Assembly: GCA_036752825.1 (NCBI GenBank)
Contig: DAIORV010000005.1
Location: 6,641 to 70,640, forward strand
Origin: Chloroflexota bacterium
GTDB lineage: Bacteria > Chloroflexota > UBA5177
Direction: 5' to 3'
DNA: 64,000 bases
Shown here one piece after another: positions 47,358 to 57,691 of this stretch. The notes beneath the pieces are model-generated. The model did no database searches, was not told the DNA's origin, and worked only from the letters and a program-made list of their open reading frames with translations. How positions within the stretch are numbered: the stretch's first letter is position 1; the number at the start of each line of letters is the position of its first letter. The translations under genes were made by a program, and so were the position numbers.

Positions 47358-47915
47358 ATGATTTCGACCGGTGATCTGAAGCGAGGGATGACCCTCGACA
47401 TGGACGGGGATCTCTGGACCGTCCTCGAATATCACCACATCAAGATTGGTCGCGGCAGCGCCCAGGTGCGGCTCAAGATCCGCAATCTGAAGACCGGTAC
47501 GACCGTCGAAAGAACCTTTCAGGCCGGCGAGAAGTTCCGTCGTGCCATCGTCGACCGGAAGCCGGTGCAGTATCTCTATCACGATGGAGACACGTACTAC
47601 TTCATGGATACGGAAACCTACGAGCAGACGATCATGAACGCATCACAGCTGGGCGAGGTAATCCCGTATCTCAAGGATCAGCTTACGCTCGACATAATGT
47701 CGTATCAGGATCAAGCGATAGGAGCCGAGCTGCCCGCTAATGTAGAGCTGAAAGTGACTCAGACCGACCCCGGATACCGCGGGGACACTGCGACCGGAGG
47801 CACCAAGCCCGCCACCTTGGAGACCGGTATGACGGTGCAGGTTCCGCTTTTTGTGAACGAGGAGGACCTCATTCGCGTCGATACCCGTTCCGGCCAATAC
47901 CTCGAGCGAGCGTAG
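47358..47915 (+). CDS. efp: Elongation factor P
   Basis: The three-domain EF-P is present, with KPGKG-type loop region GRGSAQVRLKIRNL. Confidence 0.95.
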   Translation: MISTGDLKRGMTLDMDGDLWTVLEYHHIKIGRGSAQVRLKIRNLKTGTTVERTFQAGEKFRRAIVDRKPVQYLYHDGDTYYFMDTETYEQTIMNASQLGEVIPYLKDQLTLDIMSYQDQAIGAELPANVELKVTQTDPGYRGDTATGGTKPATLETGMTVQVPLFVNEEDLIRVDTRSGQYLERA

Positions 47916-47928
47916 GTGAGCCCTGGTC

Positions 47929-48357
47929 ATGGACGTTGACAGCTATCTCAAGAACGAGCTTGCAGCCCTGCTGGATGTGGTGCGATGCACTGATATTCGC
48001 GAACTCGAGATACAGCAGGGAGAGATCAGCGTTCGCCTGCACCGTAGTGAGATATTAGAAAGCAGCCCCGATGGTTCGTCTTTCGAAGACACCGCGACGA
48101 TCGGAACCTTGCCAGTTCACTCCGTGGTCGCGCCACTGGTGGGCACGTTTTATCGAGCCGGTAAGCCCGGCATGTCGCCGCTGGTCGGCGAGGGCAGCCA
48201 CGTCGAGCCGGACACCGTTGTCGGCATCATCGAAGCCCTTCAAGTTTTGACCGATGTCAGATCTGGCGTGTCGGGCACGGTGACCCGCGTCTTGGAAACC
48301 GATGGCCATCCTGTGGAGTACGGCCAGCCGCTATTCGAAGTAACACTCGATGGCTGA
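47929..48357 (+). CDS. Biotin carboxyl carrier protein-like (biotinyl/lipoyl domain) lacking the biotinylated lysine (EAMKM replaced by EALQV)
   Basis: APLVGTFYR...GIIEALQVLTDVRSGVSGTVTRVL aligns to AccB SPMVGTFYR...[24 protein letters not shown]. The position is downstream of efp, as accB is in many genomes. No accC follows. Confidence 0.75.
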   Translation: MDVDSYLKNELAALLDVVRCTDIRELEIQQGEISVRLHRSEILESSPDGSSFEDTATIGTLPVHSVVAPLVGTFYRAGKPGMSPLVGEGSHVEPDTVVGIIEALQVLTDVRSGVSGTVTRVLETDGHPVEYGQPLFEVTLDG

Positions 48358-49579
48358 AGTCGCCCCCGTCGTGACCGGGCCGATGAGTGTGACTCAGGTC
48401 ACTCGATATTTGAAGTTCCTCCTCGAGCACGATGAGTTCATGGCGGCCCTTTCCATCAGAGGAGAGGTGAGTGAGTTCAACCGAGCCTCGTCTGGGCATG
48501 TCTACTTCACTATCAAGGACACCGGGAGTCAGATTCGGTGCGTCATGTATCGGCGCGAGGCGCTGACACAAATGGCTGAGGTTGCCTCGATTCGCAAGGG
48601 AGTGACGACCGTCGTCCACGGCGTACTGACCGTGTACGAGGCGCGAGGCGAATATCAGGTCACCGTGGACCGCGTGGTGACCGAAGGAGAAGGGGCATTC
48701 CATCGACGGTTCGAGGATCTAAAGGCTCGCCTAGAAAAGGAAGGACTGTTCAATACCGAACGGAAGCGGCCAATCCCACCGTTTCCCAAGAAAGTGGCTC
48801 TCGTGACCTCTGTGGGAGGACAGGCGTACCACGACGTTCTCCACCGGCTGCGATCTCAATGCCCGTTCGTTACTGTCATATCGGCCGGAGTATCCGTCCA
48901 GGGACCCCGCGCAGCTGACGAAATGGTTATGGCACTGGATATCGTGAACAGGCTGACCGACGCGGAGGTAATCTTGCTCGTGCGTGGCGGAGGATCTCCG
49001 GAAGATCTTCTGGCGTTCAACGACGAGCGCCTGGCCCGGGCCATCTTCGCCTCCAGGGTCCCTGTGATTACGGGCGTCGGACACGAAACGGATTACACGA
49101 TCGTCGACTTTGTTGCCGACCTGCGTGCCGCGACCCCTTCGCTCGCCGCGGCCGCCTCAGTTCCCGATCTCGGCGCCACGGTCAAGGCCGTCCGAGGTTA
49201 CCACCACGACGCAACGTATGCGATGAGTGAACGTCTGCGCCGTGAGAGGAGACACTTCGTGGAGGTTAATCGAGCACTGCTTCGATCGAGCCCGAAGCAG
49301 CGGCTTCACGAGCGCCACCAGAGACTCGACGAGCTCACGGAGAGCGCGGGGCGAGCGGTTCACGGGCTCGTTCGGGAGAAGCGCAATCGTCTCAAGGCTT
49401 TGCGCTCACATCTGAGTGTCCTCGATCCGCTGGCCATCCTGGCGCGAGGCTATGCCGTCCTCACGGATGTGGAAAACGGCGGGATAGTCAGCACTCGCGC
49501 TGGGGCGCGCCCCGGTGCACGATTGCGAGCTCAGGTCTCGGATGGAGAGTTCACCGCACGTGTGGATGAGAGCGAATGA
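48350..49579 (+). CDS. xseA: Exodeoxyribonuclease VII large subunit
   Basis: An OB-fold N-terminus with a catalytic and coiled-coil C-terminus. Confidence 0.9.
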   Translation: MAEVAPVVTGPMSVTQVTRYLKFLLEHDEFMAALSIRGEVSEFNRASSGHVYFTIKDTGSQIRCVMYRREALTQMAEVASIRKGVTTVVHGVLTVYEARGEYQVTVDRVVTEGEGAFHRRFEDLKARLEKEGLFNTERKRPIPPFPKKVALVTSVGGQAYHDVLHRLRSQCPFVTVISAGVSVQGPRAADEMVMALDIVNRLTDAEVILLVRGGGSPEDLLAFNDERLARAIFASRVPVITGVGHETDYTIVDFVADLRAATPSLAAAASVPDLGATVKAVRGYHHDATYAMSERLRRERRHFVEVNRALLRSSPKQRLHERHQRLDELTESAGRAVHGLVREKRNRLKALRSHLSVLDPLAILARGYAVLTDVENGGIVSTRAGARPGARLRAQVSDGEFTARVDESE

Positions 49580-49845
49580 CCGAGCCCGCTCCTGCTCCCA
49601 CGTTTGAGCAGGCCCTCGAAGAGCTCCAGGCCGTCGTCGAAAAACTCCAAAAGCCTGATGTTCCCCTAGAAGACGCGGTGGCACTCTACCGCCGTGGAAC
49701 CGAGCTCGCTCAACAGACTGAGGATCTGATCTCACGAGCCGAGCTTCAGGTCCAAAAGTTGACCCAGTCAGTTCAGGAGCGTTTCGAGGAATATAGCGTG
49801 GATTCGACCGTGGAAGACGGCGATCAGGCGCCGCCGTCGTTCTGA
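49576..49845 (+). CDS. xseB: Exodeoxyribonuclease VII small subunit
   Basis: FEQALEELQAVVEKLQ is the XseB helix hairpin. The gene overlaps the xseA stop. Confidence 0.9.
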   Translation: MTEPAPAPTFEQALEELQAVVEKLQKPDVPLEDAVALYRRGTELAQQTEDLISRAELQVQKLTQSVQERFEEYSVDSTVEDGDQAPPSF

Positions 49846-50000
49846 CGAACGCGTCCGCCGCAGTGTCTATTGAGGGCTGCCTTCCAGGGTCTCGAACGCT
49901 TCGAAAGACTGGGCAAAACGCTAATGAAGGGCCAATCGGCTTCTCATGGCCCTCTAATGTCCCCCCCGTAGTATGAGGGTGCTTCCTTCCTCCATTTCGA

Positions 50001-50057
50001 GGCCGGCCGGGGACACTAGGACTCCTCCTCATCAACCAACGCCTCCCCCGGCCGGCC
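50001..50057. other. Perfect 12-bp GC-only inverted repeat (ggccggccgggg / ccccggccggcc) flanking a 33-nt C/T-rich loop, within a 370-bp structured intergenic region
   Basis: The arms lie at 50001-50012 and 50046-50057. Additional hairpins lie at 49929-49952 (gggcca...tggccc) and ~50094-50110, and a TATAAT sits at 50141-50146. Confidence 0.5.
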
Positions 50058-50218
50058 TCCGGGAAAGCAACCGCACAGCCTCTATTCGACGCTCCCCATC
50101 GGACGGGGCGGTGGCTCAACGAAGCTGGCCCAGGTCTTCGTATAATCGCCAGGTGCGCGGGATGCTTCTAGTTTCCAGCTCACAATGCCCACCGTATTGA
50201 TGGAGCCATCCTGACGAC

Positions 50219-51022
50219 ATGATCGAAGCCGCGACGGCGAGAACGGGCCCTCCACCGCAAACCCCGTTCGTTCGGACTGTAAACCGCCGAGTCGCGCCGT
50301 ACACCTATCACATCTTCTTGCTGGCGCTGATACCGATAGCCTTCATTGCCGATGTACACACGTCGTCGATTTGGCAGCAGCATCTTCTCGGCCTCGGAGC
50401 CTGGCTCATCCTGATCGTCGCCACTCGGTTTTCCCTGCCCAGTGAGCGCACGCAGGTTTGGATCATGGTCGCCGTGTCGACGTGCGTCGAGCTCTGGTCC
50501 TCCGTCGTATGGGGCATCTATCGATATCGGTATCACAATGTGCCGATGTTCGTCCCGCCGGGCCACGGCCTGGTGTATTTGTTCGCCTTGCGCGCTGCGC
50601 GAACACCCCTGTTTCTCAACTATGGTCGCCAGGCAAAATATCTGGCATTGAGTGCGGCCACCCTTTGGATGGTGTTCGGACTGACGCTCGAGCCGTTGCT
50701 GCTGCATCGGGTCGACGTGACCGGAGCGCTGTTCTGGCCACTCTTCGTCTGGTTCATGCGGAAACCTTCCGCACCCGTCTATGCAGCGGCATTCTTCATT
50801 ACCTCGTATCTCGAGCTGTTTGGCACCGGACTGGGCAATTGGACGTGGCAGGTGCTGGCCCCGATCAGCCACATACCAAGTGGCAATCCTCCCTCGGTGA
50901 TCGCCGCCGGCTACTGCGTTATGGATTTTACCTCCATAGCAATCGCGGCTCGGCTGGCCCGCAACCAGTTCTTTTCACGGCGCTTCGCTCTTCGGCGGCG
51001 AAGTGCCGAGAGTGTCGCGTGA
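50219..51022 (+). CDS. Hypothetical polytopic membrane protein
   Basis: At least six hydrophobic helices; no family recognised. Confidence 0.6.
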   Translation: MIEAATARTGPPPQTPFVRTVNRRVAPYTYHIFLLALIPIAFIADVHTSSIWQQHLLGLGAWLILIVATRFSLPSERTQVWIMVAVSTCVELWSSVVWGIYRYRYHNVPMFVPPGHGLVYLFALRAARTPLFLNYGRQAKYLALSAATLWMVFGLTLEPLLLHRVDVTGALFWPLFVWFMRKPSAPVYAAAFFITSYLELFGTGLGNWTWQVLAPISHIPSGNPPSVIAAGYCVMDFTSIAIAARLARNQFFSRRFALRRRSAESVA

Positions 51023-51095
51023 GGTTTTAAGGGCCGGTGGGCTAGGTTAAGCGCGGAACCGGGAAGCGTTTGGCTTCCCGGTTCGTTTCAGACTG

Positions 51096-51170
51096 TGGCT
51101 CCGGCGGTAGGACTCGAACCTACGACCAAGCGGTTAACAGCCGCCCGCTCTACCACTGAGCTACGCCGGA
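51096..51170 (-). tRNA. tRNA-Asn (anticodon GTT)
   Basis: The reverse complement reads UCCGGCGUAGCUCAGUGGUAGAGC...GGCUGUUAACCGC...GGUUCGAGUCCUACCGCCGGAGCCA. It has a 7-bp acceptor stem, D-loop, a CUGUUAA anticodon loop, T-arm GGTTCGAGTCC and an encoded CCA. Confidence 0.85.
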
Positions 51171-51250
51171 ATAAAAACGTTGCGAGCAAAGGGCTCACAA
51201 CGCTCGTTCAGTATACGGTCGGCTTCAAAGTGCCTTCAAGCTCCGGCAGG

Positions 51251-52420
51251 TTACGGCTCGAGGAAGTCTCTGAGCTTTCGACTTCTCGACGGATGACGCA
51301 GTTTTCGCAGTGCCTTGGCCTCTATCTGCCGAATTCGCTCGCGCGTGACGTTGAACTCTTTGCCCACTTCTTCTAGCGTTCGACTTCTGCCATCTACCAG
51401 CCCGAATCGGAGCCGCAACACTTCTCGCTCGCGCTCGGTGAGTTGACTCAGCACCTCTCCGAGGGACTCTCGTAGCAGCTGATATGACGCGGCGTCGGAC
51501 GGAGCCTCGCCACTCTCATCCGGAAGGAAGTCCCCGAGATTACTGTCTTCTTCCTCACCGATCGGCGTCTCGAGCGAAACCGGAGTTCGATTCACATTCA
51601 GGATTTCTCGAACCTTCTCAGGTGACAGGTCCAGCTCGCGCCCAATCTCGTCGGGCGTTGGTTCTCGGCCGATCTCCTGCATGAGGCGTCGCGAGACTCT
51701 AACAACCTTGTTGATCGTTTCAACCATGTGAACCGGTATGCGGATAGTGCGTGCTTGATCGGCTATGGCGCGTGTTATCGCCTGACGGATCCACCAAGTC
51801 GCGTAGGTTGAGAACTTGTATCCCTTAGTGTGGTCGAATTTTGCCACCGCACGAATGAGCCCGATATTGCCCTCCTGAACCAGGTCCAGCAGATTCATAC
51901 CGCGCCCGATATACTTTTTGGCGACGCTCACGACCAGTCGCAGATTAGCCTCTGTCAGCTTTCTGCGCGCTTCCATGCCCCACTCAATTGTCGCCTGCTC
52001 GAATGGCTCGCCGCTGTTCCGTTTCGCCATTTCGCCGTCGCCGTAACGCATGGCTTTAGCAAGATCGACCTCTTCCGTGCCCCGCAGCAGACGTACCCGA
52101 CCTATCTCACGCAGGTACATCCGTACTGGATCGTCTGTGGGGGCGCCCTCAGAGTCGAGGACTTTCTCGAGCTCCTCGGGTGGGACCACCTCCTCAGCCA
52201 CCTCGGCCTCGAGCTGTATATCGACCTCGCTCGGTTCCGGGACTTCGGCTTCTTCGGCCTCTGCCTCGACGGGCAGCTCGGCGTCCGGGCTAGTCAGTGT
52301 TCCGACGGATCCAACCTCCAGGCGCGCGCTCCACGCACCGTCCTCGTCCGGACGGCCTCCATCGGACTCATCGCTCAACACGGCCTCTTCCCCGGACGGC
52401 GTCCCCCGTCCGATGGGCAC
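51251..52420 (-). CDS. rpoD: RNA polymerase primary sigma factor (sigma-70, RpoD/SigA)
   Basis: Regions 1.2-4.2 are present ([11 protein letters not shown]; the 2.4 region [36 protein letters not shown]; region 4 HTH). The acidic N-terminal region is typical. Confidence 0.95.
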   Translation of the reverse strand: MPIGRGTPSGEEAVLSDESDGGRPDEDGAWSARLEVGSVGTLTSPDAELPVEAEAEEAEVPEPSEVDIQLEAEVAEEVVPPEELEKVLDSEGAPTDDPVRMYLREIGRVRLLRGTEEVDLAKAMRYGDGEMAKRNSGEPFEQATIEWGMEARRKLTEANLRLVVSVAKKYIGRGMNLLDLVQEGNIGLIRAVAKFDHTKGYKFSTYATWWIRQAITRAIADQARTIRIPVHMVETINKVVRVSRRLMQEIGREPTPDEIGRELDLSPEKVREILNVNRTPVSLETPIGEEEDSNLGDFLPDESGEAPSDAASYQLLRESLGEVLSQLTEREREVLRLRFGLVDGRSRTLEEVGKEFNVTRERIRQIEAKALRKLRHPSRSRKLRDFLEP

Positions 52421-52495
52421 AGAATAGCACGCCCACGTAGCGGTACGCTGTCAAGCATCGGGCAAGAAAGGGCGAACTGCGGCACGTCATAGCAC

Positions 52496-53947
52496 CTAAT
52501 ACGAGCGTGCTACAACGCATCGGAATTTGGCCGCTTCGCCGCAGCAAATGCACGGACCAAGCGGAATTGCTTCCCCTTCTTCAAGGGGGATCGCTCGCAC
52601 TGTCGCCTTCTCCGCGGCCAGCTTCTGCGTACACGGCTGTGAGTCGCACCAGTCGACCCACACGAAACCGCCTCTGTCTTCCAGCAGCCGCGCAAGGGTC
52701 TCCCAGCTATTCGCCGAGGCAGTGTGCACTTCCCGGTACCTCTTCGCCTGCTCAAATAGAGACTGCTGGACAGAGTCGAGGCATTCAAGCGCCGAGGCCC
52801 GAATCGACTCTCGATCCACCGGGCGCTTTTCCCGGGAGTCCCTCCGCACGAACACGGCCTGCGCATTCTCCACGTCACGAGGTCCAATCTCAATTCTCAG
52901 GGGCACGCCCCGCAGCTCCCAATCATTGAATTTGAACCCTGGCGTAACTTGGTCTCGCCAATCGACGTGCACACGAATATCGGCTTCGAGCAGATCGTGT
53001 TGAACCTCCGCTACATAGGGCTCTATCTTGTCCCGATCCTCTTCTTTTCGCCAGATGGGAATAATCACGACCTGAGTCGGAGCAATGCGGGGAGGCAGCC
53101 TCAAGCCCTTGTCATCCCCGTGGACCATGACGATTGCACCCACCAGGCGAGTCGTCACAGCCCAGCTGGTCGACCATGGAAACTCGCGACTGCCATCTCT
53201 ATCTAGAAAGGTCACGTCGAAGGCCTTCGAGAAGTTCTGGCCGAGGTTGTGGCTGGTTCCCATCTGGAGCGCTTTCGCGTCTCCCATGAGGGCCTCCATG
53301 GTGTAGGTATAGAGAGCTCCGGCAAACTTCTCGCTTTCTGTTTTCCTGCCCTGGAGCACAGGGATCGCCAGCTCTTCCTCAATGAACCTGACGTAAAGAT
53401 CGAGGATCAGACGCGCCTCTGTGTCAGCCTCCTCAAAAGTCTCGTGAGCAGTGTGGCCCTCCTGCCATAAAAACTCGGCGGTTCGAAGAAAGGGCCGAGT
53501 TCGAATTTCCCAACGGACTACATTTGCCCATTGATTGAGCAGGACCGGTAGGTCCCGATACGACTCGATCCACTTCGAAAGCATGTCATAGATGATCGTT
53601 TCCGAGGTTGGTCGTACCACCAGAGGCTCGGTCAGCTCCTCGCCGCCGCCATGTGTGACCACGGCTAGCTGCGGAGCAAACCCTTCGACGTGTTCCGCCT
53701 CCTTGTGTATGAAGCTGAGCGGTATGAAGAGAGGGAAATACGCGTTCTGATGGCCGGTGGCTTTGAGCTCCTTGTCCACGTGGGCCTGGATGCGCTCCCA
53801 TATTGCATAGCCGTAAGGGCGTATGACCATTGAGCCTCGAACAGCCGTGTAGTCGGCCAGCTGGGACTTGAGCACGGTATCGATATACCAGGCGCTAAAG
53901 TCGTCCTCTCGCCGCTCTCCGGTGGCGTCCGTCGTCTGGGTCGCCAT
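52496..53947 (-). CDS. proS: Proline--tRNA ligase, archaeal/eukaryotic-type (class IIa, C-terminal zinc-binding domain)
   Basis: FSAWYIDTVLKSQLADY...RPTSETIIY, class II motifs, and a C-terminal ProRS-C1 domain with Cys residues. Confidence 0.9.
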   Translation of the reverse strand: MATQTTDATGERREDDFSAWYIDTVLKSQLADYTAVRGSMVIRPYGYAIWERIQAHVDKELKATGHQNAYFPLFIPLSFIHKEAEHVEGFAPQLAVVTHGGGEELTEPLVVRPTSETIIYDMLSKWIESYRDLPVLLNQWANVVRWEIRTRPFLRTAEFLWQEGHTAHETFEEADTEARLILDLYVRFIEEELAIPVLQGRKTESEKFAGALYTYTMEALMGDAKALQMGTSHNLGQNFSKAFDVTFLDRDGSREFPWSTSWAVTTRLVGAIVMVHGDDKGLRLPPRIAPTQVVIIPIWRKEEDRDKIEPYVAEVQHDLLEADIRVHVDWRDQVTPGFKFNDWELRGVPLRIEIGPRDVENAQAVFVRRDSREKRPVDRESIRASALECLDSVQQSLFEQAKRYREVHTASANSWETLARLLEDRGGFVWVDWCDSQPCTQKLAAEKATVRAIPLEEGEAIPLGPCICCGEAAKFRCVVARSY

Positions 53948-53962
53948 TGTGTTCAGCCCTTC

Positions 53963-55333
53963 TCAGTACCGAAATGCACGGATTGCTCTCCACTCGGCGT
54001 CGGTTGCAGTCATCCATTGGAAGAACGAGACGCCGATCGCGCCACTCAGCTTGCTTCCCCGCAGAAATCCTTTGATCTCTTCCGCTGAGGGAGCATTCGG
54101 GCCCATTTCTTCGTGGCCGAAGTTATCGAATGCCTGTCCAATGGGCTCGATCTTTGCGCCCGGTGCCGCTCGTCTAATCGCGAGAATCGAGTCCTCCGCG
54201 TACCGCTGTGAATAATCGGCCCCGTATCCCATTCCCCCGTAATTGAGCCCGCGGCTTGTAGCCGTCTGATGCCAATAGTCCATTGGGGCCACAACATTGT
54301 AGGACCGAGCCACGGCCCCGAACGGATACGAGGCTAGTGACTGAGCTGGATAGGTCACTCCAACAAGCAGATAGTGCTGGCCCAGATAGGCGCGTATCAG
54401 TTGCGAGTAGGCAGAGATCGCAGGGCCGGCCATGTTTCTTTCGAGATCGGCTGCGATGCCGTCAAATTGCTCTCCAGTCTTTGATCGGTACGCGGCGACC
54501 TCTCGCGTCAGTGCAACGTCCGACGCAATGTCATAGAGGTAGGGGTAGACCCACGCCAGAACGATGAGTCCGTGCCGGTGAGCCTCCTCGAGGAGCGGGC
54601 CTACCGACTGCTTCCCATGGAAACCTAGCGGCGAAATCGCGCTCTCGAGGTAGAGATGGCGGATGCCGGAGTCGAGAGCGGCTTGCACGATTGCCTTCGG
54701 ATTGCTATCGGCTATTGGGCCCAACGTGATCCACATTCCCTTGCCGGCCGCTCCCTGCCAGAGGAGCCGTCCTCCCACCGTCGTGCGGGTTGGGTCCGGT
54801 CCGGCAAAGACCACAGAGTCCGCTCTGACCCATCCGCCGCGCATCCCGTACCAGATGCTTCCCGTCGCATCTTGCCTCCAGGCCGTCACCGCGACCGAAC
54901 CCGCGGGAAGGACCGACAAGCGGTGCCCTCCGGGGCCTGAAAACAGTGGCGTCGGCGATGTCAACACGGCCGCTTGGTCCAGAGCAAGAGCGCCGTGGAC
55001 CTGGACGTGGTAGTGAACTTCAGGAGCGCGATAGGTTGAAACCGTCTTCCATGGCTTTCGGAATACGACTTCGCGAGCTGGAAGCCAGCCCTTCACGCTC
55101 GCCCAGATGCGAACGTGTCTCCACTGCTGGGTCGTTTTCAGCAGTTCCACCTGTGTCTGTTCCACCAGCACGGCCACTACCGAAGCATGAGTGGAAGGTC
55201 CAGAGCGCAGAGAGACGCCGTCGTGCAGGACTAGACCGAGACGAGCCCCTTTTGAAGCGCTTCCGGCCGAGACCGAGTTTGGAAACAGCACCGCCGCCAC
55301 GAGGGCGGCGGCAATAAGACGACGTAGACGCAT
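53963..55333 (-). CDS. Secreted protein with SH3-like N-terminal region and a glycoside-hydrolase-like TIM-barrel domain (DUF4015/GHL family)
   Basis: Signal peptide MRLRRLIAAALVAAVLFPNSVSA, SH3b-like repeats, and a C-terminal GH-like domain (GIRHLYLE..., LAWVYPY..., FFQW). Confidence 0.65.
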   Translation of the reverse strand: MRLRRLIAAALVAAVLFPNSVSAGSASKGARLGLVLHDGVSLRSGPSTHASVVAVLVEQTQVELLKTTQQWRHVRIWASVKGWLPAREVVFRKPWKTVSTYRAPEVHYHVQVHGALALDQAAVLTSPTPLFSGPGGHRLSVLPAGSVAVTAWRQDATGSIWYGMRGGWVRADSVVFAGPDPTRTTVGGRLLWQGAAGKGMWITLGPIADSNPKAIVQAALDSGIRHLYLESAISPLGFHGKQSVGPLLEEAHRHGLIVLAWVYPYLYDIASDVALTREVAAYRSKTGEQFDGIAADLERNMAGPAISAYSQLIRAYLGQHYLLVGVTYPAQSLASYPFGAVARSYNVVAPMDYWHQTATSRGLNYGGMGYGADYSQRYAEDSILAIRRAAPGAKIEPIGQAFDNFGHEEMGPNAPSAEEIKGFLRGSKLSGAIGVSFFQWMTATDAEWRAIRAFRY

Positions 55334-55549
55334 TTAGGACTCTAGGTGGCCCCGTTCGCGTAGATATCGATAGAACTTAAGTCTCGCGATTTCCGGCTTA
55401 CTCAACCGCCGTTGAATAATCTGCTGGATCGCGAGGCCGGCTCCAATAGCTGCAAGCGCCGCCAAAAGAACGGCGACCCCGAGGCCGCCTCCTGGCCTGC
55501 CGCCTGCCGGGGGAGTTTCGGGTCCCGACCAGGGCGTTTCATGGGCCAT
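55334..55549 (-). CDS. Possible small single-TM protein (~71 aa) abutting the secreted SH3/GH-like gene
   Basis: MAHETPWSGPETPPAGGRPGGGLGVAVLLAALAAIGAGLAIQQII... The stop is adjacent to the next start codon. The longer ORF-track N-terminus overlaps the opposite-strand YyaL gene. Confidence 0.35.
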   Translation of the reverse strand: MAHETPWSGPETPPAGGRPGGGLGVAVLLAALAAIGAGLAIQQIIQRRLSKPEIARLKFYRYLRERGHLES

Positions 55550-55600
55550 AGCTGCCTCCAGAACTCCGGAAAATCGGCACAGTATACCACCCCCTAGAAT

Positions 55601-57691
55601 GTGAGCGCCGAGCCGCCGGGAAGGGGATCGACTGTGCCCAATCGACTCGAAAACGAGAAGAGCCCGTATCTGCTCCAGCATGCCGGAAACCCTGTCGACT
55701 GGTATCCCTGGGGCATGGAAGCTCTCGAGCATGCCAGAAATCAGCATCTGCCGGTGCTCGTGAGCATTGGCTATTCGGCCTGTCACTGGTGCCACGTCAT
55801 GGCCCATGAGTCATTCGAAGATGCGGACGTCGCGCGTTTCATGAACCAGCATTTCGTGAATATCAAGGTCGATCGAGAGGAACGCCCGGATGTGGACTCC
55901 ATTTACATGTCCGCCGTTCAAGCGCTGTCCGGACAGGGCGGTTGGCCCCTCAACGTCTTCCTCACGTCAGCCGGCAAGCCATTCTTTGGCGGCACGTACT
56001 TCCCGCCCGAGCCACGACATGGGCTCCCCAGCTGGACTCAGGTGCTGGAGGGCGTGTCGGCTGTCTTTCAGGAAAGTCCAGACGATGTCGAGCACAACGC
56101 CGAGGTACTGACGAACGCCGTTCGTCAGTCCCAGGGTTCCAACGTCGCTTTTGGAGATCTGGAAGAGAAGCACTTGCTGGGCGCTGTCGACACCGCGATT
56201 GGCCAGGGTGACTGGCAGCATGGCGGGTTTGGTGGAGCTCCGAAATTTCCGCAGCCCCTTGCCATCGAGTTTCTCCTACAGGCACACCACAGATTCGGCC
56301 GCCAGGACTCTCTCGACCTTGCACTGCTCACGCTTGCCCGTATGAGTGAAGGTGGGATTTACGACCATCTCGGAGGTGGCTTTCACAGGTATGCAGTGGA
56401 TTCCGTGTGGTTGGTTCCGCACTTCGAGAAGATGTTGTACGATAACGCCCTTCTCGCACGCGTCTACCTCTACGCTTTCCAGATAACAGGCAACCCGCGA
56501 CTCAGGCGAGTAGTAGAGGAGACTCTCGACTATCTGCTTCGAGACCTCAGAGCGTCCGAAGGTTCTTTCTACTGCTCGGAGGACGCCGACAGTGAGGGAA
56601 AAGAAGGCGTCTACTACGTCTGGAACCCGCAATCCGTCGCTCAGGCAGTCGGCCCGGAGCTCGCCGCTCTGGCCCGCGCGCGGTATGGAGTCACCGAGGG
56701 GGGCAACTTCGAGGGAAAGACGGTACTTACTGTTCGGTCCGGTGCCGAGGAGCTTGCAGAGGCATTCGGCCTCGACGTGGCCGACGCAGAAGCGTCGCTG
56801 CGCGACATCGACGTGCGGATGCTGGCCGCACGTCGATGTCGTGTTCGGCCGCAAACCGATTCGAAGACGCTCGTATCGTGGAATGCACTGGCAATACGGG
56901 CACTCGCGGAAGCGGGTAGCGTTCTCAAACGCCAGGACTACATCGATGCTGCGCTCACTGCGACGGAGTTCATTTTCAGAGAAATGCGGCCGGCCGGGAA
57001 GCTTGTTCGGAGCTTCAGGAGCGGGCCCGGCTCAGTTCCCGCCTTTCTCGACGACTACGCGTTCCTGGCCGAGGCGCTGATCGCGCTCTCACAAGCCGCC
57101 GCCGATCCGGCCCATCTTCGTACAGCTCGTGAGATTTCGCAGGAGATGATAGAGCGCTTCTGGGATGAGGACGCCGGCTCATTCTTCGACACCCCACGAG
57201 ACGGCGAGAGCCTGGTAGTCCGCCCTCGAAGTCTCTTCGACAATCCCATCCCGTCAGGCAATGCGTCGGCGGCGCGCGTTCTGCTGCTCCTTGAAGCCCT
57301 CACGGGAGAAGCAGAGCCTCGAAGGAAGGCGCTTTCAGTTCTCCGGGCGGCGGGCTCTCTAGTCGAGAAAGCGCCGCTGGGAGTTCCTTACCTGCTCTGC
57401 GCAGCGGATCTCGCCCTTGCTACTCCCATACAGATAGCTGTCACGGATGTCGGCAATCGGGATGAGCTGGACGGGATGCTTGACGAAGTGTTCAAACGAT
57501 ATCGCCCAAATGCCGTTCTCTCGGTCGGCGCCTCGGAAGCGTCTCCACTGTTGGTCGGGCGCCAGCCGATCGAAGGGAAGACGACGGCTTACGTCTGCGA
57601 ACACTTCTCCTGCCAATTTCCTGTTACTGAGCCGGCGGCCCTCGCAAGACAGCTCGACGGTATCCGACCTAATGGATCGAGATCGAGTTGA
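55601..57691 (+). CDS. Thioredoxin-domain-containing protein YyaL (DUF255 plus six-hairpin glycosidase-like domain)
   Basis: [55 protein letters not shown] (thioredoxin-like CxxC), with a long alpha/alpha-toroid C-terminus. Confidence 0.9.
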   Translation: MSAEPPGRGSTVPNRLENEKSPYLLQHAGNPVDWYPWGMEALEHARNQHLPVLVSIGYSACHWCHVMAHESFEDADVARFMNQHFVNIKVDREERPDVDSIYMSAVQALSGQGGWPLNVFLTSAGKPFFGGTYFPPEPRHGLPSWTQVLEGVSAVFQESPDDVEHNAEVLTNAVRQSQGSNVAFGDLEEKHLLGAVDTAIGQGDWQHGGFGGAPKFPQPLAIEFLLQAHHRFGRQDSLDLALLTLARMSEGGIYDHLGGGFHRYAVDSVWLVPHFEKMLYDNALLARVYLYAFQITGNPRLRRVVEETLDYLLRDLRASEGSFYCSEDADSEGKEGVYYVWNPQSVAQAVGPELAALARARYGVTEGGNFEGKTVLTVRSGAEELAEAFGLDVADAEASLRDIDVRMLAARRCRVRPQTDSKTLVSWNALAIRALAEAGSVLKRQDYIDAALTATEFIFREMRPAGKLVRSFRSGPGSVPAFLDDYAFLAEALIALSQAAADPAHLRTAREISQEMIERFWDEDAGSFFDTPRDGESLVVRPRSLFDNPIPSGNASAARVLLLLEALTGEAEPRRKALSVLRAAGSLVEKAPLGVPYLLCAADLALATPIQIAVTDVGNRDELDGMLDEVFKRYRPNAVLSVGASEASPLLVGRQPIEGKTTAYVCEHFSCQFPVTEPAALARQLDGIRPNGSRSS

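Noticed and set aside
49846-50218. RNase P RNA, SRP RNA or tmRNA in the structured intergenic region
   Set aside because: The conserved cores are absent: GGUGCGGUAAGAGCGCACC/GGGUGAAA for RNase P, GUCCGGAAGGAAGCAGCC for SRP, and the tmRNA tag/tRNA-like ends. Only loose word similarity was found.
55550-55807. N-terminal part of the 157-aa minus-strand ORF
   Set aside because: It overlaps the start of the strongly supported YyaL thioredoxin-domain gene on the opposite strand. Only the C-terminal 71 codons are kept as a low-confidence small ORF.
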